From the IMG/VR virus record IMGVR_UViG_3300045988_164842, positions 1 to 64,000 of that record: a stretch of DNA of 64,000 nt; one strand, written 5' to 3'. The DNA comes from a virus. Positions 43,211-52,501 of this stretch are shown piece by piece. The notes under the pieces are model-generated. The model did not search any database. It was not told where the DNA came from and saw only the letters and a program-made list of their open reading frames with translations. Numbering within the stretch: the first letter of the stretch is position 1; every line of letters begins with the position of its first letter. The position numbers and the translations under genes were made by a program.

Positions 43211-43237
43211 AAAAAAGGGTTCCGCCCTTGCGGGCGG
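43211..43237 (-). terminator. intrinsic terminator after 43254..44579
   Basis: CCGCCC(43222-43227)/GGGCGG(43232-43237), followed on the minus strand by AACCCTTTTTT. Confidence 0.75.
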
Positions 43238-43253
43238 TCGCCTGTTGTTTTTT

Positions 43254-44579
43254 TTACTGGAGCGACTCCGATTTAAAACGCTCAAAGCCGTGCTCTTTGT
43301 CTAAGACGTGGAACACCAACGCCTTAGTCAGGAACAGCCCCGCATTTTTTTTCAGTTTTACCTGAATGTCATTTGCGGTTGCCGTCGGCGTTTGAGTGCA
43401 TAAAGCCGTGATGACTTTGAACGCGCTCATATAAAGCACACGATTGAAGCCGTATGCCTTATAAAACGCCTCACTCTCTTTTTTGAGTTCCCTCGTAGAG
43501 AGTCCCGCATCCGGAACATTTTCCGCCCCTGAAAATGCCGCCGTATTTAATGCTTCAATGCGGGCGTCAATCGCATCAAGCATTTTATTGTATCCCTCAG
43601 GGGGCGTTGTTACATCGCCGAGGGAGACGATGTAATTTTTGGAAGTAACGGTACCTGAGATAATACCGTCCTTTTCTTTGTTCCATTTTGTTTTAAGGGC
43701 TGGAACTTGACCCCAACAACTGAGGAAACATTTCCCTTTTTCCTCAGTTGTTTCCGCCCCTGAAAACGCCTCTTTGATTTTCAAGGCTTTGAGGGCTTTT
43801 ATGTAGTCACTCATTTCCAATAAAAAGAGGAATACCTCCATTTTGTCGGCTGAGTGGTTACACTCAAGGGCGGTTTCCTGCACCTTTGCGAGTGTTGCCC
43901 CGAAAAGTTCAGGGTCAACGTCAACGCAAAGATACAGAAATTTTTTCTGTATAGCAGTCAGTGACGTAACTGCTGTTTTCTGTTTCCCTGCAAAATATGC
44001 AACGTATGCAGGAAAACGGGTTGAAATTGCCGAGTCTTTTACGTCATACGACGCAACAATTTCTTCAAGGCGTGGGAAATTGTCGTCCCATCCTTTTCCT
44101 ACGCCCGAAATTTCTGTTACGTCAGCCGGTTTTATTTCGGCTGACTTTTCCGTAACTGTAGGGGCTGCAACCGCCTGCTTTTCCTGCTCCGCTTCAAGCA
44201 GGAATTCATTGTATTCAGCCCCTACACTGAATACAACCTCTTTTCCTTCCAGCTTTGCAAAGCTGGAAAAGCTTGCAAGAGGGCGGAATATGTTGGACTG
44301 TTCCATTACATGGAATTTGTCCAACATTGAAGGCTTTCTTGCCGTAAAAGTCGGGTGTGTGAACCTGACTTCAACCCCCTCGCCTTCTTCCAATATTATA
44401 ACCCTTCCTTCGCCGTGAAGGGTTATAATATCCCCGTCGCCGTCTTCTATTCTGTCAGCGTTTCCCATGCTGACAGCCTTAGAGGCGGCTGTTACCACAG
44501 CGTCAAGGGCTGTATAAAATGCTCTTGTTTCTGCTGTAACAGTTGTGGCGGTTGTTTCTGTAGCTATTGCGTTTTTCAT
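43254..44579 (-). CDS. hypothetical protein (441 aa) with a Thr/Ala-rich N-terminus
   Basis: Start MKNAIATETTATTVTAETRAFY follows CGGAGGAAATT. The upstream extension to 44669 has no RBS. Confidence 0.7.
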   Translation of the reverse strand: MKNAIATETTATTVTAETRAFYTALDAVVTAASKAVSMGNADRIEDGDGDIITLHGEGRVIILEEGEGVEVRFTHPTFTARKPSMLDKFHVMEQSNIFRPLASFSSFAKLEGKEVVFSVGAEYNEFLLEAEQEKQAVAAPTVTEKSAEIKPADVTEISGVGKGWDDNFPRLEEIVASYDVKDSAISTRFPAYVAYFAGKQKTAVTSLTAIQKKFLYLCVDVDPELFGATLAKVQETALECNHSADKMEVFLFLLEMSDYIKALKALKIKEAFSGAETTEEKGKCFLSCWGQVPALKTKWNKEKDGIISGTVTSKNYIVSLGDVTTPPEGYNKMLDAIDARIEALNTAAFSGAENVPDAGLSTRELKKESEAFYKAYGFNRVLYMSAFKVITALCTQTPTATANDIQVKLKKNAGLFLTKALVFHVLDKEHGFERFKSESLQ

Positions 44580-44593
44580 AATTTCCTCCGATT

Positions 44594-44620
44594 TCTCCCC
44601 GTAATGCCGATAGGTCAGCT
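44594..44620 (-). promoter_or_regulatory. conserved leader motif, copy B
   Basis: Minus strand reads AGCTGACCTATCGGCATTACGGGGAGA, immediately upstream of the RBS. Confidence 0.6.
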
Positions 44621-46349
44621 TAAAATGTTCGTTATTTTTTAGGGATATTTCACCCTTAGCGCAACGCACCTATATAGATACGCTCCGTTAAGGAAGAAAT
44701 TAGAATACAACCAGCGTATTCTAAAGTCCCTTAACGCCGTGGAATTTTGTCAGCCCCACAGCAGAAAACAGAAACTTTTTTCGCCATATATTTAAATAGT
44801 CTCTATATAATCCGCCAACGTTGCTAAACTTCAAAGGGATTTTAGCAGTTTCTAACAGCAACAAAAATATTGCTGAAAATCCCCATCAACGCCGAAACAC
44901 GTCAACTTTTTATATAAATCTATTCATTTTTCAAGTTGCTTTATGGAATTTTCATCCAATAGTGAGTTTCACACTATAAATTAACATTCAAAATTAAGTG
45001 TTCCAAAAACGCCGTTTTAAATCGCTTTTTCAGAACGTTCCAAAAACGTTCTGACGATTTTTTGAATTATTAAATTATCTTTTCTATGCTTTTATTATAG
45101 CATAGAATTTTATGTTTGTCAACCCTTTTTGAAAAATTTTTTTGATTTTTTCAGGGCGTTTGACTCTCCCCATAGCCGCCCGGGTTTTTTGTTTTCCCTG
45201 ACTGTGGTTATAGTATACCACGCCCCCACCCTGATTTATACCACTTTAAAATAACATTCTATGAACTTTATATTAATATACAACACTTAGCCCGTAAAGT
45301 GTTAATTATCTATACAGTTGAACGGCTAACCGTTGAATAATACCATATTAATTGCTAATAAAAGTAAAAGCAAGGGTGTTCTTGTATTATATCAGAAATA
45401 ACAATAAATGTAATTGCTATTTTTTTTGTAATAGGAGGTGAACAAGTGTTAACATTTTCCCAGAGCTGGATTGTACTACTCTAACTAATACAGTTTATGA
45501 ACAATTTATGAATTAGTTAAGTTTCAACGATATTTACAATAATAGTAAAATAGATAACTTGTTAATATCTGTAAGACTTGCATAAGGAAAATAATAGAAA
45601 CAACGTGTAATACATATTACACGCGGTTTTAGGCGTATATGGGGCGTGTATTGAAATAACTGTAAAAATAAAGCAGCTTAGAGAACGATACAGGTATTCA
45701 AAAACTCATGTCTTATTTCTCAAATTGAAATCTCTACAAGTACTTCAAAATTTCCACAAATCAAATAAGATTTTTGAGATTATAAGAATAAAAAATCAGT
45801 CTGATACATTTAGGATTTAGGAGTAATCAGTATTGTAAAATGCGTAAAATAAATGATAACTCCGATGGCTTATGGGAAATATTGAATATATAATCTTGTT
45901 ATTATGTTGGCTCGTAAAGAGTAATGATTGCAGAGGTATTCAGGAAGTGAGATTAAGAACTATCAGTCTCAAAGGTCTTCCAGAATTGCAGGTAATATTT
46001 TTTTTAAAAAAATACAAATTGGACGTAACGAATTGCAGGAGACTAATAAAAGAGCAGGTCATATATTTCAAAAAATATCACACAAGAAAAGAAAGTAAGG
46101 ATTGCAGAAGTCTTTGGAGATTCAGTTCTTACAGGCTTATAAGCTGTGTGTTTGTGTTCTATCGGGAAGTTTTCTGTATCTTGTTTCTGCTTGGGATTTT
46201 TTCTTATGAAAAAATTTTTTCTTGCTTTTTCGGGAGGTTTGCAACATCGAGAGGTAAATTGTAAACTTTCTGTTAAGTATATTGACGTGATAAACCACGC
46301 ATTTACGGGCTTTGTGAGCATACAAAAAGTTCCTTAATAATTTGGAAAC

Positions 46350-46378
46350 TTGAGTTTTTGTCAGTTTTGTGATATAAT
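46350..46378 (+). promoter_or_regulatory. sigma70-like promoter with extended -10 for the helicase/sigma/RNAP operon
   Basis: TTGAGT(46350-46355)-17 nt-TATAAT(46373-46378), with TG at 46370-46371. Confidence 0.6.
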
Positions 46379-46574
46379 AAAAACAGACGAAGAGAAGAAG
46401 CTGACGGAATAGCAACAGAAGTTAGAGAGCTTCTTTTCTTACTTAATGGTTCGTAGGAGTAGAATATAAGGTATAGGTGTTTCCGGCACAAAAACCTCTA
46501 CAACCAACGTATCTATGGGCTTTATGAGCATTTTTTTTAAAAACCCTCAGTGTCACATTTGAAAGGAGCATAAA

Positions 46575-48053
46575 ATGACCTATATTTCGCAATTAAACTT
46601 CAAAAACAACATTGTTCCTCACAAACTCAATTTGCTTTATGCAGGTTGCGGAACAGGAAAGACAGAATGGGCAACAAGAAAAGTGTTTCAGGATTTCCCT
46701 GACATCAAACCTTGCGAAACACTTCTCGTTGTTCCTAAAACGTGGATTGCAAAACAACAGGCTGAGAAAAGGAATGTCTACAGGTATGTCAGCTCAGAAA
46801 GAGCGATGTCAGATGAAAATAAGAAATGGCGTGACTACTGGAATGGTGTTTCTGATGAAGTTGACAACGAGAATGTTGTCAATGTTTTGACTTATGCAAC
46901 CCTTATCAATATTCTTCGCAATCCAGAAAGCAACGGACGTTTACCTTTTGAGAGGATAAAGCTTGTAATCATTGACGAATGTCATTCTCTTTTTACTGAA
47001 ACTTACATGACTGATTTGAATGTTATGAATCTTTGGCTTAACATGGCTATCAAAACAACAGATACTTTATTTATCGGTATGAGTGCAACTCCTATGCTTA
47101 TAAAAGAGTATGCAGAAAAAGTAATTTGTAGTCCGGTAAATCAGGTCAACAAGGAAGTTATAATGAACTATACAGCAGAAAATCTTATTATAACCGACAA
47201 AGAAACCATCCCGTATATGCTTCATAGCGGTTTTCTTACAGGCAGAACGCTAATAATGTGCAATTCCCTTGAAGAATGTAAATGTCTTTCGTATGTTCTC
47301 AGTGACTCTGCTTATATTGTTAGTGAGTACAACAATGAATACGCACCAGACATGGCTGAGATTACAGATTATATTTTAAAGAACAACAGCATTCCTGATA
47401 CATTTAAAGGCAAGAAACTTAAAGTTCTTCTCTCTACGGCTGTCCTTAGAGAGGGGATTACTTTCAAAAAAGATTGTGGTATTGAAAATATAATCTGTAT
47501 GTCGGGTTGTGATGTAAACATTATTCAGATTGCTGGAAGATGCCGCTACAACATCAAAAATCTTATTGTCGTAAAGCCATTGACTATATCGTCTAATACA
47601 ATTGATTACGTCAAAAAGAAGGAAATGCAGTTCAGGGATTTTTGTAAAGGCAGGTACACAGATAATGGTTGGTTCGATGGTATAAAACACATTCTTTCTT
47701 TTAACGATATCAAGAAAATTCAGTATAAAACAAAGGAAGACTTCTTTTGTGGAGATACATATAACATACCAAAAAACAGCAAGGCATTATTAAAAAAATC
47801 AGTTGCTGAAAAATTAAATGCGTACATCGAAAGAAATTTAAAAGGGAAATTCGTAACAGAAAAAGAAAGAAAAGAAGCTGTCAAATTCATGTGTGAAAAC
47901 TCAATTCTTTCTGGCGACCCTGACAAAATAACACCACAAGCCTTTTATAAATTCATTGAAACAAATACCCCATACACCTTAGAACCAGAACGAAAAAGAG
48001 TTGATGGCAGATTAAAACGTGGTTGCTCTTTTCGCAAGAAAAGGAGTAAATAA
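46575..48053 (+). CDS. superfamily 2 (DEAD/DEAH-like) helicase
   Basis: Motif I AGCGTGKTEWA, motif II IIDECHSLF, motif III GMSATP, motif VI IQIAGRCRY. Confidence 0.8.
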   Translation: MTYISQLNFKNNIVPHKLNLLYAGCGTGKTEWATRKVFQDFPDIKPCETLLVVPKTWIAKQQAEKRNVYRYVSSERAMSDENKKWRDYWNGVSDEVDNENVVNVLTYATLINILRNPESNGRLPFERIKLVIIDECHSLFTETYMTDLNVMNLWLNMAIKTTDTLFIGMSATPMLIKEYAEKVICSPVNQVNKEVIMNYTAENLIITDKETIPYMLHSGFLTGRTLIMCNSLEECKCLSYVLSDSAYIVSEYNNEYAPDMAEITDYILKNNSIPDTFKGKKLKVLLSTAVLREGITFKKDCGIENIICMSGCDVNIIQIAGRCRYNIKNLIVVKPLTISSNTIDYVKKKEMQFRDFCKGRYTDNGWFDGIKHILSFNDIKKIQYKTKEDFFCGDTYNIPKNSKALLKKSVAEKLNAYIERNLKGKFVTEKERKEAVKFMCENSILSGDPDKITPQAFYKFIETNTPYTLEPERKRVDGRLKRGCSFRKKRSK

Positions 48054-48526
48054 TGACTGCGGTACGATTATTTCAGGAAAATGAAGGTCTTGTTCACTAT
48101 GTGCTCAATCACTACACACTGAAGCCTTTTTCTTATAAGCTCGGTTATACCTATGAAGACTGGACTTCCGTAGGACGTGAAGGGCTGTGGAAAGCTTCTA
48201 AAGAGTACGTGAGCAAAGATACGACATATGCATTCAGCACAATAGCTTGTAACCACATTCAGAACAACATACGGCAAGAACTAAGAAAGAAAAGAATTGC
48301 CTTGTGTCCTTTAGAAGAAAACATGATAATCCCAAAAGATAGCTTTGACGAAACACTCTTTTCAGTCAAAGAGATTGTAGGCGAAAAAGAGTACAATATT
48401 TTACTGGACTACTACGGTCATAAATACACTTTCGAGTATTTGAGTGAGAAATACGACATGACAAACGCTCAACTCAAAAAACTTTTGAACACACTTCCGA
48501 GAAAAATCAGAAAGGAGTTCTCTTGA
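48053..48526 (+). CDS. sigma-70 family RNA polymerase sigma factor (small, regions 2 and 4)
   Basis: Region 2 pattern ENEGLVHYVLNHY...EDWTSVGREGLWKASKEY...YAFSTIACNHIQNNIRQELRK. C-terminal HTH YLSEKYDMTNAQLKKLLNTLPRKIRK. Confidence 0.75.
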   Translation: MTAVRLFQENEGLVHYVLNHYTLKPFSYKLGYTYEDWTSVGREGLWKASKEYVSKDTTYAFSTIACNHIQNNIRQELRKKRIALCPLEENMIIPKDSFDETLFSVKEIVGEKEYNILLDYYGHKYTFEYLSEKYDMTNAQLKKLLNTLPRKIRKEFS

Positions 48527-51220
48527 ATGACTAATAGGAATATCATGGTCTACAAATTTGAAAGTCAGTTTCTCAAAGAGCATAACTATAAGCTCAATCT
48601 TTCCTTTGATGAAGCTGAGAGTTGCGGTCAGATTATCAAGATTGCCGATAATCAGTTTCTAAGAACTATCCGCAGGTTTACACTTCATACTATCAATTTT
48701 CAGAGAGTTGAAAGACTGTATCACGAAAGAGATATCTTATCCAAGAAAAATTGCGATGAAGAAAGAAGACTGACTGTTACAAGCCGTATTAATCGCAGTT
48801 TGTTTGTTCCTGAATACATGGAAGTCTCCATGACGACAAATTCTCAGTACAAAGAAATCATCAAAAAGAGAATTACTCTTAATGGCAAAGTGTATAGAAG
48901 ACTTTCATGTTCCGCAGGACAAGCAAGGAACGAAACTGTTATCTTTTGTTCTGAAGAAATTATTTCCGATGTGAAGAAAGCTATTGACAATGACAGAAAA
49001 CCTATTCCCGTTGCTCCGTCAAAGTACAACGCCTATTTTGGTTTAGCAGGTTCCGCAACTCAGATTGTCAGTGAGCCAAGGTTCATTGTGGTGAAAGACT
49101 TTGAGAACGAAACATCTTTTAAATGTCATTGGGTGGAAGAAGCAGGCGACAATGAAGACGATATTATTTCCGAAAAGGTGATAACCCAAAAGATGAATCG
49201 AACAGACGGCATGGGGCTTATATCTCCCAGGCTTGCTAAAAAGTGGGCGAAAGAATTAGACCTTGACTATGTTCCAAGTCAGTTCGGAATAAGACAAGCT
49301 TTTCTCAAAGGTATGTTATGCGTGTTCGATATTCACACTTTCTGTAAAGAAAAGAACCATGGTAACTACATGATAGAAACCGTATATGGCGAAAAGGTAG
49401 ACATACGAAATTACGATATTATCTTTTCTGAATCTCAGTTCAAGTTGTGGAATGCGTATGATAATGAAAAAGACTATGCGGATAAATGTCGGAAGAATAA
49501 GCTTTACTGGGGTGTTCCACAATACGCTCCGAAAGAGTGCAAGAACACGCTGAAAATGAATTATCAATTCCTGCAAACGCTTAATATCAAAGATGAAGAC
49601 ATTCCTCTCATATGTAATCAAACAGTTGAGTGGATAAGAGGGGTTTCATATGCGAACCCTGCATACATATTTCTGTTTTTCTTAGGGGCAAACATAACCG
49701 AGCAGAAAATAAAAACGTTTTTGCAGTACCAAGGAAACTGGTGGCTGAAAGCGTTAATAGCAAATCCAGACCTTATGGTTCAGGATAAATATATCCAAAG
49801 TCAGATTAAGAGGCTTATAAAGAAAAAAATCCATGACACATACATAGGCGAAATTTTTCTTGAAGGTAATTTCCAGATACTTGTGTCAGACCCTTATGCA
49901 TTCATGCAATCAGTGTGTGGTATTACACCTACTGGCTTACTGAAAGAAAATGAATACTACTCAAACTACTGGAATGAACGTGGCGTATCTCTTGTTGATG
50001 GTATGCGTTCCCCTCTCACATTTCGTTCTGAACACGTTTTAATGAATCTTATAAAGAATGATGAAACTGAAAAATGGTACAAACATTGCAAGACTGGCGT
50101 CATTCTGAACTGGCATGGTCATGATTGCGTAAACTTCGCAGGAAGCGACTTTGACCTTGACATTCTCGCAACCACCTGTAATGATGTTGTTCTCAGGTCT
50201 ACATACAAAAACGAGCTTCCTGTAGGGTATGATGTAAGCAAACCTGTAAAGATACTTCCTACGGAAGAAGACCTTATAAAAGCTGACTTCTTTTCTTTTG
50301 GTTCTATCATAGGCAGTATTACAAACAAGAGCAGTAACGCCTATGCATTGCTCGCAAATTTAGAAAGAAACCCTGAAAAGAATAAAGAACAGATTCAGAT
50401 TGTGTATAGCAGGCTTATTCAATGCTGTAAGGCTCAAGGAAAACAAATCGACAAAGCGAAAATAGGTCAAAAGGTTAAAGGTATCCCAAACATCTGGATA
50501 AAGTATATTCCACATGATGACAGGGATACTGATGAAATTACTCAACAAAAAGACCTTATAAATACTTGCTTACTTGACAAACCTCCTTATTTTTTTATTT
50601 ATCGTTATCCTGATTATTACACTAAGTATAGAAAATATATTAAAAATGCTGACGGATATTGCAAAAAGAAGTACCATGCAAGTTTGAATACGGTTTCTCA
50701 GAACCCTGATACAGCGGATAAGAAGAAATTCATTAATAGTTTTTACAAGAAAATGCCTGTGGTCGATAGCCCAAGTTCAATGAATAAGATTTGCCACTAT
50801 CTCGAAAACACTGTAATGGATATTCAGAGTGAAACCACCATTAATCCAGATATAAGCAAATATCTTAGAGATAATACCGTGTTTGTATCAAAGGAGAGGG
50901 AAGACGAAATAATTTCAGCCTTTGTTGTCTTTCTTAGCGAAATCAGTACAACTTTAGGAAACAAGCACTCTGATTCGGATATTGTAAAAGTGTTCCGTGA
51001 AATCTACAGAAACTATTGTATGTCTGATGTTGTGAATGTTCTTGTCGATAATTTTTACAACAGCAAAGCTTCAGTCTTGTGGATAGTTATCGGTAAAAAT
51101 CTTCTTCATAATCTTTGTGTTAATACAGTTGGAGAGGAAAATGTAATGATACCTTTTCCAGACGAACAAGGTGAAATCGAGTACATGAACAAAAGATACG
51201 GTTGGAGGGTCGTGGAATGA
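48527..51220 (+). CDS. YonO / RdRP-like single-subunit two-barrel RNA polymerase candidate
   Basis: SQFGIRQAFLKGMLCVFD (compare QIR..G.KG of the RdRP/YonO clade), IFSESQFKLW, GMRSPLTFRSEHV, and the three-Asp motif AGSDFDLD (compare NADFDGD / DbDGD). 897 aa. Start codon abuts the sigma stop. Confidence 0.6.
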   Translation: MTNRNIMVYKFESQFLKEHNYKLNLSFDEAESCGQIIKIADNQFLRTIRRFTLHTINFQRVERLYHERDILSKKNCDEERRLTVTSRINRSLFVPEYMEVSMTTNSQYKEIIKKRITLNGKVYRRLSCSAGQARNETVIFCSEEIISDVKKAIDNDRKPIPVAPSKYNAYFGLAGSATQIVSEPRFIVVKDFENETSFKCHWVEEAGDNEDDIISEKVITQKMNRTDGMGLISPRLAKKWAKELDLDYVPSQFGIRQAFLKGMLCVFDIHTFCKEKNHGNYMIETVYGEKVDIRNYDIIFSESQFKLWNAYDNEKDYADKCRKNKLYWGVPQYAPKECKNTLKMNYQFLQTLNIKDEDIPLICNQTVEWIRGVSYANPAYIFLFFLGANITEQKIKTFLQYQGNWWLKALIANPDLMVQDKYIQSQIKRLIKKKIHDTYIGEIFLEGNFQILVSDPYAFMQSVCGITPTGLLKENEYYSNYWNERGVSLVDGMRSPLTFRSEHVLMNLIKNDETEKWYKHCKTGVILNWHGHDCVNFAGSDFDLDILATTCNDVVLRSTYKNELPVGYDVSKPVKILPTEEDLIKADFFSFGSIIGSITNKSSNAYALLANLERNPEKNKEQIQIVYSRLIQCCKAQGKQIDKAKIGQKVKGIPNIWIKYIPHDDRDTDEITQQKDLINTCLLDKPPYFFIYRYPDYYTKYRKYIKNADGYCKKKYHASLNTVSQNPDTADKKKFINSFYKKMPVVDSPSSMNKICHYLENTVMDIQSETTINPDISKYLRDNTVFVSKEREDEIISAFVVFLSEISTTLGNKHSDSDIVKVFREIYRNYCMSDVVNVLVDNFYNSKASVLWIVIGKNLLHNLCVNTVGEENVMIPFPDEQGEIEYMNKRYGWRVVE

Positions 51221-51984
51221 TAGACTTTAAGTATGACGAATACGCATACGCTGAACATATAATCGAGAGTGGCTTTACTTCTCAGCTTTCAAACGAGTTA
51301 AGAATTGTCGCCACATACTATCGCAGGATTTTCGATTACAAGCAAGTCGAGGTTAAAGCAAAGCTTACAGACTTATGCCGTAAACATATCAATTCTTTTC
51401 ATGTCGGGAACTACTACAAAGCAATCAATAAAGCTATTTCTGTTGCTTTCAAGGACAACGCAAGACTCGTAAAGATAAGAGAGATTCCGATTTTTCAAAA
51501 AGAACTTGACTATATAAACCAACCTGATTTATCCACAAATGAAAAAAGAGTTCTGTTTACGTTGCTTGTAATGCATAAAATCAAAAAAGAAAGATACCGT
51601 CAAATCTACCAAAAGGAAAGTCAAAGCAATGTTTATTTTGCTAAGAACGGTCGCTTCACTGAAATCAAGAAACTTAGCAATATTCCGCAAAGTCTTGATA
51701 TCGACCTTGATGTGTTTTACTCTCTTACTTTGAAAGGTTATATCAATCCACTGTATAACGGAAATATTCAACTTCTTTTCCTTGACAAATGTATTTCTTC
51801 TGAAGCTCCTGTTGCTATGATTTCAGATTTCCGAAACCTCGGCTATAGGTTTGAAATTCTTACAGGCAACAACAAATACATTGTTTGTCAGCATTGCGGA
51901 ATACCTTGCTTGAAAAGGAATAATTCTGCTATCTACTGTTCTGAAAGCTGTTGCTTACAAGCGAAGCAAGGTCAATGTTGTTAA
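51217..51984 (+). CDS. hypothetical protein with a C-terminal zinc ribbon
   Basis: Start MIDFKYDEY follows GGAGGGTCGTGGA. C-terminal CQHCGIPC...YCSESCC. Confidence 0.6.
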   Translation: MIDFKYDEYAYAEHIIESGFTSQLSNELRIVATYYRRIFDYKQVEVKAKLTDLCRKHINSFHVGNYYKAINKAISVAFKDNARLVKIREIPIFQKELDYINQPDLSTNEKRVLFTLLVMHKIKKERYRQIYQKESQSNVYFAKNGRFTEIKKLSNIPQSLDIDLDVFYSLTLKGYINPLYNGNIQLLFLDKCISSEAPVAMISDFRNLGYRFEILTGNNKYIVCQHCGIPCLKRNNSAIYCSESCCLQAKQGQCC

Positions 51985-52117
51985 TTGTTTCTAAATTGTG
52001 AACAAATCCAGAAAACTGAAACTGCCTTATAATATCCTCTTTTCTGCTGTATTTAGACGATTATGTATTCAATACATATCTATGATAGACTAAAAATAGC
52101 AGGAAGTGGGTGTTAAA

Positions 52118-52396
52118 ATGGCTCAGTATGCGTGCATATATGGTGTTGGTGAATGCGTTGGTTGTGGTGAATGTTCGAGTAGCTTGAAATGCTCTGAATG
52201 TGGAAAGCCTATAACTAACGAAAGCCAACACCTTTGTTTTAATTGCTGGCAAAGTAATAAGATGAGGGATATGAGGTTTCTTGAAGATTTTGCAGATTAC
52301 TGTGATGTTGAATACACCTTACCTGAATGTGTGGAAGTCTTTCAGGATGAATTTGAAGAATTTTGTAGAGAGGGCTATCATGAAGGTGTTGAATGA
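52118..52396 (+). CDS. Cys-rich small acidic protein
   Basis: Start MAQYACIYGVGECVGCGEC...CSECGKP...CFNCW. Confidence 0.55.
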   Translation: MAQYACIYGVGECVGCGECSSSLKCSECGKPITNESQHLCFNCWQSNKMRDMRFLEDFADYCDVEYTLPECVEVFQDEFEEFCREGYHEGVE

Positions 52397-52501
52397 TTGG
52401 GGGTGTGGACTTGAGTGTTGTAAGTATGATACCCGGCGTTATGTCTGTGATATTGTTTGTCGCAGGGTGTATCTATTTGTTTAAAGATGAAGATTAACAA
52501 A

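Noticed and set aside
42319-44642. Long plus-strand ORFs (42319..42945, 43843..44418, 44355..44642) antisense to the minus-strand genes.
   Set aside because: They have no RBS and a Cys/Ser/Phe-rich low-complexity composition. They lie opposite ORFs with strong RBSs and sensible sequences. They are the expected by-product of locally higher GC.
45872-46264. A 130-aa ORF in the non-coding hub.
   Set aside because: It has no RBS and a Cys/Phe/Leu-rich implausible sequence. Its recurring .CR. tripeptides (DCRG, NCRRL, DCRSL) simply reflect the repeated ATTGCAG DNA motif. I treat it as non-coding.
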